Below, one piece after another: positions 41,171 to 53,583 of a stretch of 64,000 nucleotides of DNA. This DNA is from the human T2T-CHM13v2.0 reference genome, Homo sapiens. The position numbers and the translations under genes are program-made. The DNA lies in NCBI RefSeq assembly GCF_009914755.1, contig NC_060933.1, one strand, 5' to 3'. Under the pieces are notes generated by a model. That model made no database searches. It worked only from the letters and a program-made list of their open reading frames with translations, and was not told the origin of the DNA. The stretch's first letter is position 1; every line of letters starts with the position of its first letter.

Positions 41171-42156
41171 TTCTAGTCCACCCACATCATTTTTTGGCTA
41201 AGGCACAGGGTGACATCACTTGCCCAAGGCCCCAGGGTTAATTAGTAAAAAAACGAGGACTAGACTCTAAGTCTCCAGATTCCAGGTAACTTGTTTATGT
41301 CAGTAATGCCCCACTTTTAGAACTGGAGCACCATTAGCCTGCTGTTATATGATTCCTATTGTGAATAAATTTTTATACACCTCTGACAAATGCATAAGAT
41401 TCTAACTTTTGTAATTGAAGCTTCAAAGACAGAAAAGCCCTCTGGCTGTTTCAGAGTAAAAAGCACTCTTAGATATAATTACAATCTGTGTTTTATAATG
41501 CACTTTTCATTACGGGACTTGAATGGACTCTGAAAAATTGATCTGATGACTGGTATTATCCTTGTTTTATACACTGCGAAACAATGGCCCAGACAGATTA
41601 AGTGAGTTGTCCAGGGTCAGCCAGGATGTCAGTCACTGAGAAAGAGACAGAAGTAATCTCTAATCCCAACCTCACCTTTGCCTTCAGTTCCTAATCCCTT
41701 ACCAGATTTGGAATTAGAAGGATCTAGTCTAAGAGTTCCACTTTGAACCTTTCCAAAGTGCCTGTGGTGGGTGTCCATTTTCAGGCTTCCTAGTTTAATA
41801 GCCTTGTTTGATTTTATTAATTGAGCATATAACTGGGTTTAAATCTTTTGCTTATTGTTCTCTTTGGTTGTTTTGAGATTATTTCTGTATGTCTAGAGTT
41901 CTTTGTCCTACCTATTCCTACACAGATGAGGAAATAGCTATCATTATGGCCAAATAAGATAAGACACACCCTGAGATATTTATACTCTACCTACTCAGAA
42001 TCCCTAACTCAACCACCTGACTAGCTCCTGGACAAAAGAAACCAATAATTTATTGCTTGAGTCATTTATTTCCTACTTTTGCACAGTGGATCATACAGAA
42101 CGTGTGGCCTTTGGTTGACCACAGGAGGTCAGGTCCTATTGATCTGATGTCCTTCA

Positions 42157-42175
42157 AATGCCCTCTAGTGGTCGA
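42157..42175 (-). promoter_or_regulatory. Candidate CTCF-binding motif
   Basis: Minus strand reads CGACCACTAGAGGGCAT, close to the CTCF core CCASYAGRKGGCR; lies in non-repeat sequence. Confidence 0.55.
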
Positions 42176-42439
42176 AGGCCCACATGGGCTTCACTTTCCC
42201 TCACGTGAGACACCACAGGCTCTGAATAAGTAGAATAGCTGTCCATTGAAAACTTGCATCTAGAGGATCCATGTGTATCCCAAAGAATTCAGTCCTCTCT
42301 TCTCCCTTGGCCCATTAAGCTACCTCCCAATAGCAGATACAGGGCATAGTAGTCGCTGCTCTGTAGCCTTCAGAATAGCTGCTTTTGAACACCAGCTCTA
42401 TGGTACACACAGTTATGAGTGCACTGTATACATAATCTT

Positions 42440-42916
42440 TGTATTAGTTTCCTAGGGTGGTAGTGACAAGTACCACAAGCTGAGTAGCTCAGCAACAAGA
42501 GAAACTTAGTCTCTTACAGTTCTGGAGACCAAAAGTTCAAAATCAAGGTGTTGCCAGGTCCGTGTTCTCTCTGTTCGCCCTAGGAGAGGATCCTTCCTTG
42601 CCTCTTCTAGCTTCTGCTGGGTGCAGGAATTCCATTCCTTGACCTGTGGCAGCATAACTCCAATTGCTGCCTTCGTCCTCACACTTGCCTTCCCTCTGTG
42701 TCTGCGTCCTCCTCACATGATAGTCTCCTCTGTGTGTATGTCTGTGTCCAAATTTCCCTCTTACGAGGATACCAGTAGTATTGGATTAGGCCCACCCTAA
42801 TGACCTCATCTTAGCTTAATTCCATCTACAAACACCCTATTTCCAAGTAAGGTCATATTCACTATGACTGGGGATTAGGACTTATTTCTGAGGGAGGTAT
42901 AATTCAATTCATAAAA
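42440..42916 (-). mobile_element. MLT1C-like solo LTR inserted in a MIR
   Basis: tgtattagtttcctaggg...aattcaattcataaaa; TSD atctt/atcct; the MIR resumes afterwards (cagatgaagaaattgaggc). Confidence 0.88.
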
Positions 42917-43290
42917 ATCCTTTGAGGTAGCTACTTTTGTCCTCATTCCAGATGAAGAAATTGAGGCATGGAAAGGATTCACCTTTTGCCCCTAAGTAAA
43001 ATGGCTGAAATGGTGTTGCAGTGCCGTCGAGTTCAAAGGCCAAGTCTACCCCATTGCCCTTTACAACTAGGAAAATAACTTAGTAGCTATCGGGGGCCTG
43101 GTAACAAGGGGTGCTATTCTGACATCTAGTGAGGAAACTTCAAGGACTAGAAAGAACATTCATGTGATACAAAATTACAGACAAAATACTGAGTGCTAAC
43201 TTTCATTGCATTCTCACCAAGTGCCAGGCACTGTTTTTAGTCATTCCCATTTAAGTCCTTTAACTTCTACAGTGACACTGACAAATGTAC

Positions 43291-43574
43291 TTTTTTTTTT
43301 TTTTAATTACACTGTCTCTATTGCCCAGGCTGGAGTGCAGTGGCGTGATCTCGGCTCACCGCAACCTCTGCCTCCCAAGTTCAAGAGATTCGCCTCCCAA
43401 GTAGCTGGGATTACAGGCGTGTGCCACCAGTCCCAGCTAATTTTTGTATTTTCAGTAGAGGCGGGGGTTTTGCCATGTTGGCCAGGCTGGTCTCAAACTC
43501 CTGACCTCAGGTGATCCGCCCACCTCGGCCTCTCAAAGTGCTGGGATTACACATGTGAGCCACCGTACCCAGCC
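43291..43574 (-). mobile_element. AluSx-like inserted in a MIR (43185-43715)
   Basis: Poly-T plus Alu with a small internal deletion; MIR halves on both sides. Confidence 0.9.
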
Positions 43575-44697
43575 ACAGATATACTCTTATTATACTCATT
43601 TTACAAATGAGAAAACTGAGGCAGAAGAGTTATATAAAATGCCCCAGACCATGCTGCTTGTCAGTGGCTGAGCCAGGATTCAGCCCCAGGCAGTCTGATC
43701 CCAGAGTCTATTGTAATGCCTGGATGGGGGTTTCTTGACATTCTCTTCCTCAGTCCTCTAAAATAATTGTTTCATATGTATTAGTGCTGTCTCCTTTTCC
43801 AAAATGTAAGCCTAAAATATAATCTTGTAGAGAGCAGAACTGATAGCTTCTATTACTTTGTACCCTTCACAACTTTGGGTGCAGTGCCGGTCCTACCTGT
43901 AGCTTTTGGAAGAAACTTAACTCTGTGGTTCAAGCAGGGCCACCTCGGCGCTGTTAAAGTGGATTAGGCGAATGCTGGACCTCAGCTGAGTGTCCTGCTA
44001 AGAGGTCCTTCGCCCTTCATAACCCACCAGTGAAGCTTCCTATACACCTTAGAAACAAGTGCAAACCCCAGAGTGGAAGAAAGTCACGGTAATGCCCCTT
44101 TAAGGTTTGGTTAAACTTGACACGTGTGAGCAAATCTGCCTCTGGGAAGTCCTTTCTCCACAGTGAAATCACCTGAAGAGATATTTAGCTGTTCTGCTCC
44201 AAGGTTTGTACCTTGAGAGCAGGGTCAATTCCCTTATTTAATACCATCTCTTGCACAAAGCTATAAATCCTAGATCTAGTATTACAACTGACTCCTACAA
44301 GGGGCCTGAAACTCTTTTAAAAAGAGCGATTAAAGGAGTGAGATGCTGCAGATACGGCCCCTTCATCTTCCCTATGAAAAGTCTAAATAACCTAAGAAGA
44401 AATTCTGCCAGTCCCATTTTGGAGGTCTTAGAAATCACACTGTTCAAATCTTCCATTGGGCTGCCTCAAGCCTTGAAAAACAGCCAGCTTCTCTCTAGGC
44501 TGGAATGTGTCTGCAACTTCAACCCTGGGTGCCCGTGGAAGAAGAGAATGGCCTGCTCAGTGCTATATGTGGATGTGTAAATTACAGCAGATGATGCACT
44601 TAGCAATTATGTTCTTTGCATACATAAGCAGGAACAACAGCTCCCAAACTGCCAATATCCTTCTCAATTCTCACAGAATGACTATGTGTCACACGGT

Positions 44698-44716
44698 CAC
44701 GCAGCAGGGGGCCTGG
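44698..44716 (+). promoter_or_regulatory. Candidate CTCF-binding motif
   Basis: GCAGCAGGGGGCC resembles the CTCF core; lies in unique, CpG-retaining sequence. Confidence 0.4.
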
Positions 44717-45213
44717 AAATGAGATGAAGGAATGGCACAGTATGAAGTTTCAATTTTGGAGAAGCACCCCTCCTGCAGTCGTGAACGAGCAAACAAGAAA
44801 AACTTCAGAAGGTGCGATGCCCTGGCTGCCCGCCCAGCCCTCCAGAATCTGGACATGGCGTGCAGAGGAAATGGAGGAAGGGAAGCAGGGCCAGAGGCTC
44901 CTAAGCTACCACACCTGGCACAGCTGTGACTATGCAGACGAACCTGGGAATGCTGCTAACTAGTTGCAAACTGAGTGAAGGCTTTAATGAAAGAGCTGAA
45001 GCTACATCACAAATCCAAATGCCTAGATGGGACAGGCAGGTCATGTAAACAAGGAAAGTGGGTCCATTGGCAACTCTGGGAACTCTAGAGAGTGCACGTG
45101 CCCCATTGACTCATCTAAAGAGTGGCTGCACTCCATCTCACGCCACTGTGGCTAAGCAGGAAGAGCCAACTCTTTCATTCTTCAGGAGAAGCTGAAAATC
45201 CTTGTGTGGAGGG

Positions 45214-45215
<2 letters not shown>

Positions 45216-45262
<47 letters not shown>
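45216..45262. repeat. (TG)n microsatellite
   Basis: ~23 perfect TG units. Confidence 0.97.
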
Positions 45263-45265
<3 letters not shown>

Positions 45266-45325
45266 TCTCCCAGTTTATAACTATTAGCAACAAATTAAAT
45301 TATTCTAAAACATTGTCAAGATTTA

Positions 45326-46250
45326 CGTTAGTTATCTATGCAGTAACAACCCCAAAACTGCTGGCATAAAAAAAAATTTTATTCTGCTCTTGACTTTTTG
45401 TTCAGGAATTAGAGTAGAGTTTGGCCTAGTGATTCACATCTAATCTACCTGGCATCAACTGGGGCAGCTGGCGCTGGTGGATCCACTTCCAAGCTGGATC
45501 CTTCCCCACATACCCAGCACCTCTATACCTATGCTCCTTGCCACCCCCATTCCAACCCCCTATCCCTGTGTCTGCATGGTGTTTCATCCTCCAGGGTCTC
45601 TCCACGTTCCATAGTAGGGTTTCTATGGACGTGGGTGTCAAATGCTGGGGTTGGGGGAGGGGCGGCATTAGGGAAAGAGAGGACAGACGCTGAGATGCAG
45701 GCACAGGTGACAGCTGGGGAGAGGGCTTGGTCCACAGCAGAAGAGCTCCAACCAGGAGCTCTCGTGACCCACAGAAGGCACAGCCAAGCAGCCCTCCTGG
45801 GCAGACAGAGCCCAGCTGGAAGAAAGAAAAGACAAACCCAAGGACGTCCCTGCTTCTACACTGCTTGCTATGTCCAAAGTCAAGATCATTGCTGGGGCTG
45901 GACCTGGTGGCTCACGCCTGTCATCGCAGCACTTTCGGAGGCCGAGGTGGGTGGATCTCTGGAGGTCAGCCCTCCAGAATGTGGAGACAGCATGGTGGTC
46001 TCAAGAAGTTGTACATTTTATATGGCAACTGGCATCCAAGAAATAGAAAGTAGAAGCTCCCAAGCCAGTTAAGGGCCATGCTTGGATCAGCCACAGCATC
46101 ACTGTCATCCTATTCTATTGGACAAAGCAGTCACAGTGCCCACTTAGTCTCATGGAGGCGGAGAAATTGACTCAGTCTTTTGATGGGGAGTGACAAGGTC
46201 ACCCCACACAAGAGCATGTGGTGTGATAGATGTGGTTGCATTCTATCTCA
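45326..46250 (-). mobile_element. MLT1 (H/I/J-like) LTR interrupted by a foreign insert (~45615-45985)
   Basis: ttagttatctatg...aaccccaaaact...ggatccacttccaag; resumes at cagcatggtggtctc...attctattggacaaagcagtcaca. Confidence 0.7.
45896..45969 (+). mobile_element. Alu 5' fragment (first ~74 nt only, no A tail)
   Basis: ggctggacctggtggctcacgcctgtcatcgcagcactttcggaggccgaggtgggtggatc...gaggtcag, then an abrupt end. Confidence 0.85.
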
Positions 46251-46324
46251 AGGTCAAATACAACACATATGGAGTGAATATGACCTGAGCCCACCAGTTT
46301 GCAATCTTTAAGTTAAAGGGCATT

Positions 46325-46570
46325 GATTGGGGTAGTATGGTAATTCAGAGTACGTATTTTGAGCCAGACTGCCTAGTTTCTAACCCTGACTCTACCACTT
46401 ACTCTCTGAGGCATCTGGGGCAATTTACTTCACTTATCTGCATCTCAGTTTCTTCTTCTAACATAATAATATTACTGAGCCTATCTCCTGAAGATTTTAT
46501 TAGCCTAGAGGAGTTAATATTGTAAAGTGATTAGAGCAGAGCCTCACACAGAATTGGTGCTCTATATGTA
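46325..46570 (+). mobile_element. MIR SINE
   Basis: gagccagactgcctagtttctaaccctgactctaccacttac...tctcagtttc. Confidence 0.75.
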
Positions 46571-46578
46571 ATAGATCA

Positions 46579-47009
46579 TGTATTCCTTTGCTAGGGCTAC
46601 CATTTAAAAAGTACCATAAACTGGATTGCTTAAGCAACAGAAATGTATTGTCTCACAGTTTGAAGGCTAGAAGCCCAAAATTAAGGTCCTGGCAAGATTG
46701 TTACTTTCTGAGCACCGTGAGGGGAAGATCTGTCCCAGGCAGGCCTCTCTCTTTGGCTTGTAGATGTTCGTTTTCTCCCTAGGTCTCTTCACATCATCTT
46801 CCCTCTAGGTATGTCTGTCTCTGTGTCCACATTTCTCGTTTTTGTAAAAGGACACCAGTCCTATTGGATTGTAGCCCTCCACAAGAACCTCATTGTAACT
46901 TAATTACCTCTCTAAATGCCCTATCTACAAATAAGAGCACATCCTGAGGTACTGGAGGGTTAGGATGCCAATACACCTTTTTGTGAGGGACACAATCCAA
47001 CCCATAACA
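46579..47009 (-). mobile_element. MLT1B/C-like solo LTR
   Basis: tgtattcctttgctagggct...gggacacaatccaacccataaca. Confidence 0.88.
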
Positions 47010-48066
47010 GACAGGACTGTGGTGATTCATTCATCCAATGGATATTTCTGGTGTGGCCAGCAGATGTATATAGCACAGTCACATGCACTAGAAAGATGTG
47101 TGCACATATATAGATATTTTGCATATATACATATTTCTCTTTGAGGACTATATATAATGTATATGTTGTTATATATACATATATATTTTCCACATGTATA
47201 TCTACATTGCTCATATGTGTGTGTGTGTGTATATATATATGATATTCTCAAAATGCACAAAGAAAACATTTACTAGCAGCACAAAGGTATAAATGATCAA
47301 ATAGCATGTGAATAATGATGGTAAACATGTATACTAGCGAAATTTGAAGGAGAGAGATTATGTATCTGGTGTCCCCAAGGTAAGACCTATAACCGGGGCA
47401 TAACTCGACTTGAACGGTTGCTTCTGATGTCCTGCTGGTCTTGTTCACATTGCTTGTTTGACTCTCTGGCCCTAACATGGGTATCACTTGACATCACCAG
47501 ATTTCAAGCTCAGCTCCAGGACAACTCTTGCAGCCCATAGTCTAATGTAGACACTGCCCTCTGGATTGCCAGTAAGTCTTTATGCCTCATCACCAATGCC
47601 CAGATGTGAACATTGACCCTGTTCTGCTGAGGCCCATCCATTGTGAACAGTTTTAGTAAGGGGAGTGCTCGGGAAAGATGATGTACATGAGATGGAATTC
47701 TAAGTAGGTCCTAAAGATTGTGGATGATTTCCTCAGATACAGAGGAAGGGAGAGAGATGACCAGTTGAGGGAGCATGTGAATACTCAGGAGAAGGGCAGT
47801 GCACACTCAGAGGACATAGGGAAGTACGTTTGGCTGACTAATAGGAAGGCTTTGGGAGCAGAGGAAGGGATCAGAATAGAAAGGCCTCCCTGATTCCTGA
47901 TTGTATTCTTTTTAAATGTCTCTGACACTAATCCTCTACCTTACTATCCTCCTCCTCCACCTGCTCCCCATGTATACGCAGACAACAGCTACTATAGAGA
48001 TGTGCTTATCATATGAGTAGACCTCAATAACAAGAACCATAGCTTAGCTAAGCAGCTCAAGCCAGG

Positions 48067-48440
48067 TGCTATGGTCTGAATGTCCATGTTCCCCCCAAAA
48101 CCATATGTTGAAGCTCTACCCTCCAATGTGATGATATTTGGAGGTGGGGTTTTGGGGAGGTGATTTGGGTTAGATGAGACCATGAGCATGGAGCCCTCAT
48201 GATGGGATTAGTGCCCTTACAAACAGACATGAGGGAACTTGCTTCCTCTCTCTCTGCTCTTCACCATGTGGAGGATACAGCAAGATGACAGCCAACTGCA
48301 AACCAGGAAGCGGAACTTCACCAGAACCTGCATGCTCATCTCAGACTTCCCAGACCCCAGAACTGTGAGAAATACATTTCTGTTGTTTAAACCTCCCAGT
48401 CTGCAGCAATTTGTGATAGCAATCTGAACAGAGTAAGACA
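48067..48440 (+). mobile_element. MLT1A0-like solo LTR
   Basis: tgctatggtctgaatgt...ggagccctcatgatgggattagtgccctt...cagaactgtgagaaatac...taagaca. Confidence 0.88.
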
Positions 48441-48764
48441 CCCAGTGATGCCATTTTAGAATAACTACTCTATGTACAACTCACCAGGTACCTCTGGGTG
48501 ACTAGGAAGGGGTCTCCAGAATCTTAGAGTGTTTCTCTTCTTCTGTTATATATGGTTATGTCTATTTAACAGAATGCTAAGATTAGACTACACATGCCTC
48601 AGTTACACCTGAGCCACTGGTAGGATACAGAGGAGGAACACAGTGAATGTAAGCTGAACGCCGTATGCTGTCTTCTCTCTAATTCCATAGCTTCTTGTTA
48701 AGCATGAACACTGTCTCCATTTCTAGGAAACATCTTGCCTGTATTCCCTAGAAGGCAAAGATAA

Positions 48765-49005
48765 AACAGGATGGCAGAGTGGCCGTAAGCTTGGACCTCA
48801 AACCAGACAGCCTGAGCCCAAATTCTGGGTCCATGTCTTACCAGCTGTGGGATCTTGAGAAAATCACTTAAGCTTCTATGCCTCTGTTCCCTCAGCTGTA
48901 AAGTGGAGACAATGATTACTTGTACATTATGAGTTAATAGATTAAAATCACATAGAACAGTAGAAAAGCACATAAGCACCAGGTATATATTAACTGTCAT
49001 TAATA
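48765..49005 (+). mobile_element. MIR SINE
   Basis: ccagacagcctgagcccaaattctg...cttaccagctgtg..atcttg...ctcagctgtaaagtggaga. Confidence 0.75.
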
Positions 49006-51313
49006 TTGGCTACAGGAACATGTAAATTACACAGTGTTTAGAGCAAGTGTGAAAACTCCAAGAGTCTGTGAACTCTTTAGGAACAGGATCCTTCAACCAC
49101 GCAGAAAACCAGAACTAAGAATGCACCGTAATTAGCTCCACAATTAATTTCCTCAAAGGAATACACTTTGCGGTGCTACAAAGGCGGAATTATATCTGAC
49201 CTGCCCTCCAAAAAAGAAAAAAATGTTGGATTTGGCAGAGGGACAGCCAAGATAAGGACACCCAACTTTAAGTACTTTAAGATTCCAGGTATAAATCAGT
49301 AGGCAGCAAGCTCTTCTAGTCATCAAATCCTGTATTTACCTCCTTCCACTTCTCAGCGCTCCCCTGCCTTTCCAAGAAAAAAGTGATATCATCAGGGCTC
49401 ATAGCAAATAGGCTCAAGGAATGCACTGTGAAAATTTTTCAACACCTGAGCAAGCATTACCCTCCTACTATTACTGTTCAACCTGAATTAATATGGCATA
49501 TATCTATAATTATGAAATATTTGTGTATCTCTGCATATATTTTATACATATAAGCACATATTGGCACACATGCACACATGTATACTATGTTGAGTGTTTC
49601 TTCAGGTCTTCCTTATGTGTCCGAAATGCATCTCTTGCCCTTCCAAATGGTGCCTTAAAATAAAACTATAATTAATTCAGCAAAGAACTTGACAAAGTCT
49701 AGAATTACTGATAATCTGATTTATCAGTATTTTATCTGAATTACTGATAAAGCTATGGAAAGGAGATATTGAGATAATGTATGTTATGTTCAAAATAAAA
49801 CAAATATAAATCATCCTATAAAACTTTATATTCCACATTCCTGGAAGGGAGGTGGGAGTACTTTAGAAACTGTTATCTAGGGGACAAAGGAATTCAGAGT
49901 GAAACAGTGCAGCACAATGGCCTAGAACTACAAGGTTTGTAGAAAAGGGCATAGTTTTAACCTCCAATTCCACTTGTTTGGCCCTTGGTACCCCATTTCT
50001 TTTCAACAACACTGCAGACCTGAGAAAAATATCTTGGCTTAAGTTGCATGTGTAAATGAATTTGTAGGTCTCAACCCGGCTCTTGTGGCTGAGTGTAGCA
50101 CTGCATAATTTGACACGATTCAGCCTGATTGACAGTGGGAAGCAGACTGCAAGATCTCACAGGTCAGGACAGAAAAGGGGCCTGGCAGAAGGGCCCAAGG
50201 CATGTTGGGTAGCAGACTGCACTCCCCCAAGCCCTCCCCACACATGAAACAGAGCAAGAGTCCAATAAGCTCATCTGAAAGGCCTTGGGTTGTCCACAGA
50301 GCAACCAAGGAAAAAGCACACTCCAGCTGGCCAAAATGAGGTCTTTAATGCCTGACCAAACTCCAGCAGGGGAAGAATCCCCCAAGGAGGAAAAGCCCAC
50401 AGTGAGATGGATCTTCACTGATGGCTGTTCACAGGCAGGAAGGAAACCATAAGAATTCTGACAGCCCCAAAGATTCTATTTCACGAGCACCTTTCACCGC
50501 CAGCCTATCTTCATTCTGATTGGAGCCATCTGTGCAGTCCCATACCTACTTTCTCCAACCCTGTCATTCACCTCCAAAAGCCTAATGATTTTTAGGGTAG
50601 ATTGAATTTATTGGCAGACATCCTTGACTCTGAGCTTTCCAAAGTCTTTATCATTTGACAGATACTGCATGCTCAATTAGCAGATGTCACTGGGTACCTG
50701 TCCTCCGAATTTGGTCATGCATCACACTTCTCCACCATGACCATGTGCTCCAGAAGGTAACCTTATCTCTGGCTCAAGAATAAATATTGACTAGTCTAAG
50801 GCACTCTTGTTACCACCATTCTCCTGGCAAGGTATTTATTTTGGGACCCAGTCCTGACAAAAAGGACATGAGAGAAAGTTTTCTTAGATAACTAGACAGA
50901 ATTTTCCAGTCAAAAGGAAAACTGTCTCTTGTTCTTCTGTTGGATATTGTCATGTCTGTGTAACTGGTTGTTAAAATAAGACTATCCCTGCCTCATCTGT
51001 GACCGAGATACCAGGAGGATACAGAGCAGATATGCAGTAAAGGTGAGCTGAAAATCCTTTATGTGGCATTTCCACAGGACCTAGTGAAAAACCAGCTCCA
51101 CAGCTCTAGCGGTAAGATGTGAAGGGAAAGGAGTATTTTGGAGATGGTATTTCATTAGAGAGAATTGTTACCATGCTGTAGTCCTCTCTTCCTCCAGAGG
51201 AAACAGGGAGGAGTATTGACTGCTGCATCTTAAGCCTGGAGAGGCTGGGCTTCCTGCACTGTCCCTGAATTTGGAAGAAGTTGTAGAGTTAGGTTTGCCT
51301 CTTGCCTCTACAG

Positions 51314-51651
51314 CAGTGGTCCCCAGCCTTTTTAGCACCAGGGGAACTGTTTCATGGAAGACAATTTTTATCATGAACCAGGATGGTTTGAGGGCCTGGT
51401 TTCGAAATGAAACTGTTCCACCTCAGATCATCAGGCATTAGAATTCTCATAAGGAGCACACAACCTAGATCCCTTACATGCACAATTCACAATAGGGTTC
51501 ACACTCCTATGAGAATCCAGTGCCACCACTGATCTGACAGGTGGTGGAGCTCAGGCAGTAATGCTCGCTGGCCCTTCGCTCACCTCCTGCTGTGCAGCCC
51601 AGTTCCCAACAGGCCGGGGACAGTCTGTGGCCCAGGGGTTGGGGACCCCAG
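51314..51651 (+). mobile_element. MER1B (hAT-Charlie)
   Basis: cagtggtccccagccttttt...ggggttggggaccccag; 8-bp TSD ctctacag/ctctagag. Confidence 0.92.
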
Positions 51652-51936
51652 CTCTAGAGGATGTGAGAAGGGCTAACAGGTCCAGCGCAGCCAGGACAGA
51701 GCTGATACTTTGAGACTGGCCTGTATTCCCAGTTTGCCAGAATGAATGACACATGATTCTCAAATACTAGTCATGAACCATGCAGAGGAGAGACAGCACT
51801 GGCTCATCACAGGGCACCTTGAGGGTCACAGGGACTCCAACAGAAACACCCTAAAAATGAACCTTAGATTCCTGGGGCTAAGGAAGGAGTTGTGACTGAC
51901 CATCCAAAAAGAGATACATCTACCCACATTAAGAAA

Positions 51937-52462
51937 ACAGCAATCCAATTACTGGGTATATACCCAAAGGGTTATAAATCATTCTACTATGAAGACACAT
52001 GCATATGTATGCTTATTACAGCACTGTTCACAATAGCAAAGTCTTGGAACCAACCCAAATGCCCATCAATGATAGACTGGATAAAGAAAATGTGGCACAT
52101 ATACACCATGGAATACTATGCAGCCATAAAAAAGGATGAGTTCATGTCCTTTGCAGGGATATGGGTGAAAAGGGAAACCATCATTCTCAGCAAAGTAACA
52201 CAAGAAGAGAAAACCAAACACCGCATGTTCTCACTTATAAGTGGGAGTTAAGCAATGAGAACACATGGACACAGGGAGGGGAACATTACACACCAGGGCC
52301 TTTCAGGGGTTAGGGGGCTGGGGGAGAGCATTAAGAGAAATACCTAATGTAAATGACGACGATGGGTGCAGCAAACCAACATGGCACATGTATACCTATG
52401 TAACCTGCATGTTGTGTACATGTACCCCAGAACTTAAAGTATAATAATTTAAAAAAAAAAAC
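51937..52462 (+). mobile_element. L1PA6/7-like 5'-truncated 3' end
   Basis: ORF2 C-terminus (LLGIYPKGYKSFYY...MFSLISGS), 3'UTR and A tail; TSD-like aaaacagca/aaaactgca. Confidence 0.93.
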
Positions 52463-52689
52463 TGCAGGTGAGTGGCCCCATGGATGGAAGTGTCCTGTGA
52501 GCCCACAAGAGTGCCCTGGGTTAGTTTTAAACAACACTAAGAAATAAATAAAAGTAATAGATACATATGCAAACAGATAAATAGATATCAGAGCTTTCCT
52601 ATCCCCCAGCACTCTTCTGTGAGCCACTCCCTGGCTAGCAAGCAGGGAGGGTGGTCAACACACCCTTCTCCCAGAAGTGAACCATAAGA

Positions 52690-52900
52690 GGGCCCACAGG
52701 AGCGGCACACTAAGGAAGCAGGAAAACAAGGCCCACAACATTTTGGAGAATTTTGGAACAGTAGTAATACTAACTAAAATCAGTCTCAGTCTGTTTTTCA
52801 TGATCACTCTGCAGTGACAATTCTAAACAATGCCAGTGATAAAATCCCCTCCCCACAGGGCCGACTATGGACCACTGCCACCACATCCCACACCACTCTT
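52690..52900 (+). mobile_element. MER97-like (hAT-Tip100) fragment
   Basis: actaaaatcagtct...gacaattctaaacaatgccagtgataaaatcccctcccc resembles MER97. Confidence 0.45.
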
Positions 52901-52919
52901 GACTTTTCTCACTGTGAGC

Positions 52920-53235
52920 TTCCAGCCTGAAGCTAACATAAGGTGGGGGACAGCAGGAGGAGAAAATCTTATGTTAAATCAAGTTCAGAGTTTTGGATAA
53001 TATCCTCTATTCAACATTCATAGTATCGAATCAAGATTGTGTTTGCAGCTTAATGCGATTGTAGGCTTGTCTATTAACTAAGAGCAAGTAGAAATTTATG
53101 AACCTTTTGGAGGCTTCATCTAGAGACTGACAGAAATTACCTGCATTGAATAAGGTTCTAAGGGGCAAGGGGTTGGGAAGACAAAGCAATTGCATTTTGA
53201 TTGCTCATGAGTTGTGGTTGGTCAGCATAGCACTT
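52920..53235 (+). mobile_element. LTR78-like 3' part (the element may begin near 50985)
   Basis: agagttttggat...gtgtttgcagcttaa...gcattttgattgctcatgagttgtgg. Confidence 0.45.
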
Positions 53236-53266
53236 GGTAAAAGCACACATGGCCTTACTGAAACTA

Positions 53267-53583
<317 letters not shown>

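Larger units (their letters stand above)
45010..46308 (+). mobile_element. MER102-like DNA transposon split by an MLT1 (parts ~45010-45325 and ~46250-46308)
   Basis: caaatgcctag...caggcaggtcatgtaaa; 3' end gcccaccagtttgcaatc. Confidence 0.55.

Noticed and set aside
45635-46072. 145-aa ORF
   Set aside because: It spans the foreign insert, Alu fragment and MLT1 junctions; chimeric and GC-driven.
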